Of a DNA stretch of 64,000 nucleotides, positions 8,546-14,870 are shown piece after piece; position 1 is the stretch's first letter, and every line of letters starts with the position of its first letter. A program made the position numbers and the translations under genes. A model generated the notes under the pieces. It was not told where the DNA came from and searched no databases. It saw only the letters and a list, made by a program, of their open reading frames with translations. The stretch is from NCBI GenBank assembly GCA_029260215.1, contig JAJDDQ010000075.1, forward strand, positions 27,127 to 91,126, read 5' to 3'. Source of the DNA: Phycisphaerae bacterium. GTDB taxonomy: Bacteria > Planctomycetota > Phycisphaerae > UBA1845.

Positions 8546-9472
8546 CTACGCTCCGACCGTCCGCAGAACCAGGTCACACGTTCGACCGAGATCCCCGGAA
8601 GTAAGCTCATAGCACTCCGCCGAGCGCACCACGTCGGCCATCAGATTCACACCGGCAGACCGAAATTTGACGAAATTGAACGATTGGCGGGCCAGCCTCA
8701 GCAACGCATCCGCCCGCGAAATCGAACGAACCTCCGGCGTCGCACCAGGCCTGTATCGACAAAACATGATATGCCCCACACGGCAAGGCCGAGGCGTAGT
8801 CGCAGACGTGCTCAGAAAATCAGGCCTGATGAACCGCACCGCGCCCTTCTTGCCTTTCAGATAGACAGGCAGAGTCGCCATCTTCACGCCCGTCGCCTCC
8901 AGCGCCGAAAACGAACCCTCTTTGATGCACAGTGCTTTCGGGTAGGCTGCCAGCTCAAGGGTTTCCGGGTCGATCAGAGCGAACTCGTCCGAAAGGTAAC
9001 GCGCACCACGCTGGACCATCCCAGCCGCCAGCGTCGATTTCCCGCTCTGCGGCGCCGCAGGGAAAATCACACCAGCCCCACCGACCTCCAAAGCCGACGC
9101 ATGAACCTGATAGTACCTCGGCAGGTACAGCATGATGTGCCAGTTGATCGACCATTCCATGTGCGGAAGAATTGACCGCCGGTCCCACACCGCGAACCGC
9201 CGCGCACCGTCCGCCCAAACCTCGTAGCGTCTGCGCAAGGACTTGCCGTTGCGCGTGCGCCGGACGCGAACATCGATCGATTCCGGTGCGGGTTCCTCCA
9301 GACGCATCTCGTGGTAAAGATCACAAAACGCTCGAAACGCGCCCTCGTCATCGCTGCGAATCGTCACCGGCACAACGCCGATCCGAAAACTGGCTGTATC
9401 ACAACCGGCCCGCGACCCCCTCACCACGGCTTCCTGCCTCGACGTCACGATTTGAAGAGGCCAACCGATCAT
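8546..9472 (-). CDS. HPr kinase/phosphorylase C-terminal-domain-like kinase (HprK-related)
   Basis: P-loop block GVIFPAAPQSGKSTLAAGMVQRGARYLSDEFALID. ATG 9470-9472 overlaps the PqqD stop (ATGA). Confidence 0.8.
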   Translation of the reverse strand: MIGWPLQIVTSRQEAVVRGSRAGCDTASFRIGVVPVTIRSDDEGAFRAFCDLYHEMRLEEPAPESIDVRVRRTRNGKSLRRRYEVWADGARRFAVWDRRSILPHMEWSINWHIMLYLPRYYQVHASALEVGGAGVIFPAAPQSGKSTLAAGMVQRGARYLSDEFALIDPETLELAAYPKALCIKEGSFSALEATGVKMATLPVYLKGKKGAVRFIRPDFLSTSATTPRPCRVGHIMFCRYRPGATPEVRSISRADALLRLARQSFNFVKFRSAGVNLMADVVRSAECYELTSGDLGRTCDLVLRTVGA

Positions 9473-9786
9473 TCGTTCTTCCCAGCTACCAGCAGTCCGT
9501 TCTCAAGCAATCCCGCCAGCGTTTTCGCAACGTCTTCCGACACAGCTTCAACCGGAACGTCGTAACGCTCCGCCAGAGACCGCGCCACCGCCCCCGCGTC
9601 CGTCAGCCCGTCGCACGCATGCCAGATAAAGTAGGCCGTCCCGTTCAGGCGGTAGGTGGTGTTGATCGCTTCATCGTAAACGACAGCCTCCCCGTCCAAC
9701 TCATGCAGCACGACATCACGCCGCCGCATCGGGGTCGGGGTCGAGGTCGCGTCGAGCGGTCGGGGTGAGACACACGTGCCGTTCAT
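9469..9786 (-). CDS. PqqD-family peptide chaperone (RiPP recognition element)
   Basis: 105 aa. VVLHELDGEAVVYDEAINTTYRLNGTAYFIWHACDGLTDAGAVARSLAERYDVP...AGLLENGLL matches the PqqD/RRE pattern. ATG 9784-9786 overlaps the stop of the small upstream ORF. Confidence 0.8.
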   Translation of the reverse strand: MNGTCVSPRPLDATSTPTPMRRRDVVLHELDGEAVVYDEAINTTYRLNGTAYFIWHACDGLTDAGAVARSLAERYDVPVEAVSEDVAKTLAGLLENGLLVAGKNE

Positions 9787-10049
9787 GACGTGGGGCTCAT
9801 TCCGCTGCCCGCCAGTGCCTGCGTCGGACGAACGAGTTGTATGACCGGTGCGCTGTAGACCAGGAGCTTGCCGCCGCCTCGAAGAATCTCACGGCGCGTG
9901 GCGAATCTCTGGGAGCGCTCCGGCTCGGTTTCGCCGCATCGGCTGGTCGCCACAGAGTCATCCCGACCCGATTCCGTCGCCAAATCTCGATTCTCGTCTG
10001 CCAACAAACGCCCACCCGGAAAAAACCTATGGATTCGATCCGCCGACAC
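9783..10049 (-). CDS. small ORF, candidate precursor peptide (twin-arginine-like motif, Ser/Thr-rich C-terminal tail)
   Basis: GTG start at 10049; an alternative GTG at 9953 gives 56 aa. Stop TGA 9783-9785 overlaps the PqqD ATG. Sequence ends ..SQRFATRREILRGGGKLLVYSAPVIQLVRPTQALAGSGMSPTS. No homology evidence is available to me. Confidence 0.4.
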   Translation of the reverse strand: MSADRIHRFFPGGRLLADENRDLATESGRDDSVATSRCGETEPERSQRFATRREILRGGGKLLVYSAPVIQLVRPTQALAGSGMSPTS

Positions 10050-10373
10050 CGGCGGAGACCAATCTGTTTATCGGTCGCGTCAACGTCCGAGTTTATTCCG
10101 GATCAGTCTGGGGAACGGGTACGGCGGGACGAATCGGCCCAACCGGGGAATCAGGCGCTGAGCACGACAGCCAGAAATGTGACGATCAACACGGTCGCAC
10201 GAAACATGGCGAAACCTCCGAAAGAAGGCAGCCTCGGGCGTCCGAGACCGCACTGTCGGCATCGGCACATTGGCCTCCCGCCTGTTGCAGCCAACGGCGG
10301 GCCTTTACTTTTGCGCGTGCTACGTGCAAGGTCAGCCCGGTAAACGAACGCCAAAAATCTGTCAAAAGTGTGG

Positions 10374-10392
10374 CACGGGTTTTCAACCCGTG
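10374..10392. repeat. REP-like hairpin, family A (GTGG-CACGGGTT-TTC-AACCCGTG)
   Basis: Perfect 8-bp stem in the divergent intergenic region between the small ORF and the ClC gene. Confidence 0.7.
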
Positions 10393-10437
10393 TACTCAGC
10401 GGTCAAGAAACCGGCGTCACGTAGGACACAATCGTCT

Positions 10438-10458
10438 GCACCGGTTGAAAACCGGTGC
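10438..10458. repeat. REP-like hairpin, family A (identical to the 1653-1673 copy)
   Basis: Same 29-mer as 1652-1680. Confidence 0.7.
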
Positions 10459-10525
10459 CACACCGAGCGGTGCCACACACGATGCCCGTGCTCTTCAACG
10501 GACCGCCAATAGGGAAATCGCTGCG

Positions 10526-12634
10526 TTGAGTCCGAAAACATCCGGCTTTCTTGAACGTCTTCCCCGCCCCGCAGCCAGGTGGAGTCGCCTTTTCGGGCTG
10601 AGCGCCCTCGTCGGGCTGGCGGGCGGTCTCGCGGCTGCCGCGCTGGAATGGGGTCTGGATCACGGTTCGAGTTTCCTGATCGGCAGGTACACACACCTGG
10701 GCGGAACGGGCGTTCTGCGTTTCGACTGGGGTGTTCTCCTGCTGCCTGCCGCCGGCGGATTGCTTTCCGGTTTGATCGTCTATTGGCTTTGCCCAAAAGC
10801 CTTGGGTCACGGCACAGACGTGCTCACGCACGCATTCCACCATCAATTCGGTCGCCTGAACCTTCGAGGCCCGCTAGTCAAAGCGACGGCTGCGATCGGG
10901 GTCATCTCCTGCGGCGGGTCAGCCGGACCGGAAGGGCCTATCGCAGCACTGGGAGCGGGGTTGGGGTCAACATTCGGTCGCGTATTTGGGCTTAACGCGC
11001 GGGAACGGCGCGTCATGCTCGTTTCCGGTTGTGCAGCCGGTGTCGGCGCGATTTTCGGATGCCCGTTGGGCGGCGCATTGTTCGCGGCGGGCATCCTCTA
11101 TCGCGAACCGGAATTTGAATCCGACGCCATCGTGCCCGCGTTCGTCGCCTCCGTATTCGGCTACTCCGCCTACATGTTGTTCGCGCTGCGCGAGTTCGGA
11201 GAATTCATGCTCGACGGTGCCAATACGATGGCGTTCGATCAGCCGGCGGAACTTATTCTGTATGCCGTGCTCGGACCACTCTGCGGGCTTTTCAGCATCC
11301 TTTTTTACCTTTGCGTCCGCACGGTTGAAGACAAAATCACACCCGCGACGCACCTGCCCGTTTGGCTGACCCCCGCGATCGGAGGCTTGGCCACCGGAGC
11401 CATCGCTTGTGTTCTTCCCCAAGTGATGGACGGGCAGTATCGATTCATCCAGAATGCGATAGACGGCAATTTTGGACCCGGAATGGGCGACCTGTCTCCG
11501 TGGTCGTGGGCGAAACTGTTCGGAGCAGTCGCCGTGATGAAATGCGTGGCCACCGCATTGACCGTCGGCAGCGGCGGTTCGGGCGGCGTGCTAGGCCCGA
11601 GTCTCTTTGTCGGCGGAGCCGTCGGTGCTTTTCTCGGGGCAGCGGCTGAGGCGATCGCCCCCGGCATGGTCTCCGTCGAACTGCAAAAGGCGATGATCCC
11701 GGTGGGGATGGCCGGTGTGCTGGCAGCGTCGATGCGCATTCCGATGGCGGCGCTCGTCATGACCATTGAAATGACAGGCAGTTACGGTCTGATCGTTCCG
11801 CTAATGCTGGTTTGCTCAAGCGCCTATGTCACGGGCCGGCGTTTCGGCTTGAATTCAGCCCAGGTGCGGGGTGCGGCGGAATCGCCCGCACACGCCGCCG
11901 ACGCAGTGGTACACATCCTCGAATCGGTCCGCGTCAGCAGCCTCGTCGAACGAAACTGGCCTCTGGTGGCTGCCCCAGACGCACGCCTGCCAGAGTTGGT
12001 CAGCAAAATTTCGTTCGGCACCAGGCCCGTCTTCGCGGTCGTGGATAACGATCGCATTGTCGGACTCATCTCCGTCCCGGACATTCAGCGTATGGTGGAA
12101 GAGCCGGGCATGGCCGACATGCTCATCGCCGAAGACATGATGACCGAGAGCTTAGCCGTCGTGCATCCCGATCACGATCTCTACCAGGCTTTGGAAGTGT
12201 TCCGCCGTGAGAATCACGACGTCATGCCGGTTGTGGCGCGCGGTCGTCACGGGGCGTGGGTGGGCATGCTCTCGCGTGAAAACGTCTTCAAGACTGTCCG
12301 CGAACGCATCCGGGAAATGCAGAAAATGGTCATTCGCGAGCATGCCGGGCTGGCTGCGATGGATCAGGAAGGGCAATTGCAGCAGTTGGTGATGGGCGTA
12401 TCGCCGATGCGCACGGACCGCGTTCAGCGACTGCTGGTTCCTTTGCAGGTGATCGGCAAATCCTTGCGTGAAGCGGATTTCAGGCGGAATTTCAACGCTC
12501 AGGTAGTGGCCATCGAGCAATCGGACGGCACACTTCAATGTCCACCCGATCCCGATGCCCCGCTCTCCACAGCGCAACGGCTGGTCGCGATCGTCTGGGA
12601 AGCACCAAATGACAGCGACGAACAGTCTCAGTAA
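10526..12634 (+). CDS. ClC-family voltage-gated chloride channel/antiporter with C-terminal CBS pair and TrkA-C (RCK_C) domain
   Basis: GSAGPEGP selectivity-filter motif, GCPLGGALFA, about 10 TM segments, two CBS-like units and a TrkA-C-like tail. The start is uncertain: I chose in-frame TTG 10526 because the 9848 ORF start would run through REP hairpins and antisense to the small ORF. Confidence 0.85.
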   Translation: MSPKTSGFLERLPRPAARWSRLFGLSALVGLAGGLAAAALEWGLDHGSSFLIGRYTHLGGTGVLRFDWGVLLLPAAGGLLSGLIVYWLCPKALGHGTDVLTHAFHHQFGRLNLRGPLVKATAAIGVISCGGSAGPEGPIAALGAGLGSTFGRVFGLNARERRVMLVSGCAAGVGAIFGCPLGGALFAAGILYREPEFESDAIVPAFVASVFGYSAYMLFALREFGEFMLDGANTMAFDQPAELILYAVLGPLCGLFSILFYLCVRTVEDKITPATHLPVWLTPAIGGLATGAIACVLPQVMDGQYRFIQNAIDGNFGPGMGDLSPWSWAKLFGAVAVMKCVATALTVGSGGSGGVLGPSLFVGGAVGAFLGAAAEAIAPGMVSVELQKAMIPVGMAGVLAASMRIPMAALVMTIEMTGSYGLIVPLMLVCSSAYVTGRRFGLNSAQVRGAAESPAHAADAVVHILESVRVSSLVERNWPLVAAPDARLPELVSKISFGTRPVFAVVDNDRIVGLISVPDIQRMVEEPGMADMLIAEDMMTESLAVVHPDHDLYQALEVFRRENHDVMPVVARGRHGAWVGMLSRENVFKTVRERIREMQKMVIREHAGLAAMDQEGQLQQLVMGVSPMRTDRVQRLLVPLQVIGKSLREADFRRNFNAQVVAIEQSDGTLQCPPDPDAPLSTAQRLVAIVWEAPNDSDEQSQ

Positions 12635-12698
12635 CAGATCAGCTATATGCAATGCGCGCGTATCATTTGTCCTTTCCTTGCGACAGGGAACAATCTTT

Positions 12699-12719
12699 TC
12701 CCCCCTTACAAAGGGGGGA
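12699..12719. repeat. palindromic hairpin TCCCCCCTT-ACA-AAGGGGGGA
   Basis: 9-bp perfect stem, 65 nt after the ClC stop. It may act as a terminator or REP element. Confidence 0.6.
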
Positions 12720-12776
12720 TACAGGGGGGTTCGGACCAGAACAACACGTCGCTTCGCAAGAAGAACCTCCCCCAAG

Positions 12777-12797
12777 CCCCTCCTTTGCAAGGAGGGG
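12777..12797. repeat. palindromic hairpin CCCCTCCTT-TGC-AAGGAGGGG
   Basis: 9-bp stem of the same G/C-run style as 12699-12719. Confidence 0.6.
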
Positions 12798-12997
12798 AGA
12801 AAGAGGGCAATCGTTGCGTCTGTACGAGAAAGTCTCATCCTCGCTGTGTTTTTCGTCATCCGACATCGCACACGGCTGACCCGTTACACTCAGACAAATT
12901 TAAGCACAATTGTTCGTGCTTTTGGCCGACCGTCGCTTATGATCGCCGCCGTCGGATGCACGAGGCAACCCTTCAAATCGAATAGCGAGCGACAGAC

Positions 12998-14701
12998 ATG
13001 GAAGAAACCATGCAAGTTACGGAACAGGACTGGCCAACCGCACAACTCAAATTGCAGTGCGAAGTACTCGAAAAAACAGCACGGCAGCTCCCCCTCCAAG
13101 ACATTCTCGATTCCCTGTGCGTGCTCGTCCAGGACATGGTGTCCGATACAGTCTGCACCGTCCTGCTGCTGAACGAGCAAGGTCGGCTCGATGTATTCGC
13201 GGCACCCAGTCTCCTCAACAACGCGGAGGCGCTGCTTGCCGGCCTGAAACCGAGCAAATACGGCGGCTCCTGCTGTGCAGCCGTGCAAACGGGCGAGGCG
13301 GTCATCGTCGAAAACACAGCCATCGACGAGCGATGGCGTGACGTGCGCAATCTGGCTGACGAACTGCAGATCAAAGCGTGCTGGTCGATTCCGATTAAGG
13401 TTGATGAGAACAAAATCGTCGGCACATTTGCGATTTCTCACGGCGTCGTTCGTCGCCCCTCCTCACAGCAGGAAATGCTCCTGGAAACGGCTCGACACCT
13501 CGCCGGCATCGCGATTCAGCGCGACACGTCCGACAAGACACGAACGCGACTGGAAGACGAATTGAGACAGGCGCACAAGCTTGAAGCCGTTGGCACGCTC
13601 GCGTCCGGAATCGCACACGACTTCAACAACACACTGACCGCCATCATGGGATACGCGGAAATGCTCGAGCGTGAAGAATCGATTGTCGAGACCGCGCGAT
13701 TGGCGATCGACGGCATCACCGATTTATCGCATCAGGCTATGGGCGTTACGCGCTCGCTGCTCACGTTCGCGGGACGTCAGAGCGGCCAGAAGGAACCGAC
13801 AAACGTCGCATCAATCGTTGAGTCGTCTCTCGGTATGATTCGTCCGATCATGCCCGCGTCCATCGAATTCATGGTGGATGACACGACGGACACGGATTTG
13901 TGGATTCACGCAGACCCGTCGCTGATCCAACAGGTATTGATCAATCTCGCCGTCAACGCGCGGGATGCCATGCCCAACGGCGGGAAACTGCGAATTGAGA
14001 TTTCGTGGACGCGTGCTACCCCCACGAAAGCTCCGCTACCGCCAACATCCCGCGGCTACGCTGTCCTGAAGGTGAGGGATGACGGTTCCGGCATCGCCCC
14101 GGACGCGCTCGATCGCGTGTTTGAACCCTTTTTTACGACCAAAACACGCGGGCGGGGCACGGGTCTAGGCATGTCCGTGACACACGGAATCGTCCGCGAG
14201 CTTGGCGGAACGATCGAAATCGAATCCGGTGCATCACGCGGAACGACCGTCTCCGTAACCATCCCATGTTGCGAAGCCGTCGATGAAAATGCCCGCAGCG
14301 TGACCGAGCATTGCACGATGCCCGCAGCGACAACCGGCACGATCCTGATCGCCGAGGACAGATCCGAAATCCTCGAACTTATGAGCGGGGCGTTTCGGTC
14401 AGCCGGTTTCGTCGTCGTCCAAGCCGCCGACGGCGCTCAAGCTATCGAGCAATTCGACGCGAACCGGGAGAACGTGGACATGACAATCCTCGATTTCGAT
14501 CTTCCGAAGCGCGACGGGCTTCGCTGCCTTGCACACCTTCGCGAATCGCATCCCGAGCTCCCCGCCATCATCATCACGGGGCGGCAGGACATCGAACAAC
14601 GCGACATGGTCGGCCCCACACATTTGCTGTACAAACCCTTCAGGCCCAGGCAACTCGTTGCTTTGGCAGCACAAATATTAGGCACCGCCACCTCAACATA
14701 A
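12998..14701 (+). CDS. hybrid sensor histidine kinase (GAF - HisKA - HATPase_c - receiver)
   Basis: GAF-like N-terminal region. H-box LASGIAHDFNNTLTAIMGYAEML. N/G boxes NLAVNARDAMPNGG, DDGSGI and GRGTGLGMS. C-terminal receiver ILIAEDRSE...MTILDFDLPKRDG...LYKPF. Confidence 0.9.
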   Translation: MEETMQVTEQDWPTAQLKLQCEVLEKTARQLPLQDILDSLCVLVQDMVSDTVCTVLLLNEQGRLDVFAAPSLLNNAEALLAGLKPSKYGGSCCAAVQTGEAVIVENTAIDERWRDVRNLADELQIKACWSIPIKVDENKIVGTFAISHGVVRRPSSQQEMLLETARHLAGIAIQRDTSDKTRTRLEDELRQAHKLEAVGTLASGIAHDFNNTLTAIMGYAEMLEREESIVETARLAIDGITDLSHQAMGVTRSLLTFAGRQSGQKEPTNVASIVESSLGMIRPIMPASIEFMVDDTTDTDLWIHADPSLIQQVLINLAVNARDAMPNGGKLRIEISWTRATPTKAPLPPTSRGYAVLKVRDDGSGIAPDALDRVFEPFFTTKTRGRGTGLGMSVTHGIVRELGGTIEIESGASRGTTVSVTIPCCEAVDENARSVTEHCTMPAATTGTILIAEDRSEILELMSGAFRSAGFVVVQAADGAQAIEQFDANRENVDMTILDFDLPKRDGLRCLAHLRESHPELPAIIITGRQDIEQRDMVGPTHLLYKPFRPRQLVALAAQILGTATST

Positions 14702-14870
14702 ACTCACGATTTGAATTTTGAAGCACCCGTGTCGCTCTGCGGCCATGGCGAAGTGATCCTCGCTGTTGCCTCAGCCGCACACGTGGAGCATACGGTCCGA
14801 ATTGGTTACCATGCCGAGCCAGCGAGCCTTTTTCTTGCCTTGGACGGGGAAAGATCAACGGGGATTTTCG

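Noticed and set aside
9848-10525. N-terminal 226-codon extension of the ClC ORF (track start 9848)
   Set aside because: It would run antisense through the small ORF and across REP hairpins at 10374-10458. The sequence is Arg/Pro-rich, and the recognisable ClC protein begins near 10526.
12647-12985. Small ORFs encoding PPYKGGIQGG / PPLQGGEKEG-type peptides after the ClC gene
   Set aside because: They are read-throughs of the two G/C-run palindromes (12699-12719, 12777-12797) in several frames on both strands. This is repeat DNA, not coding sequence.
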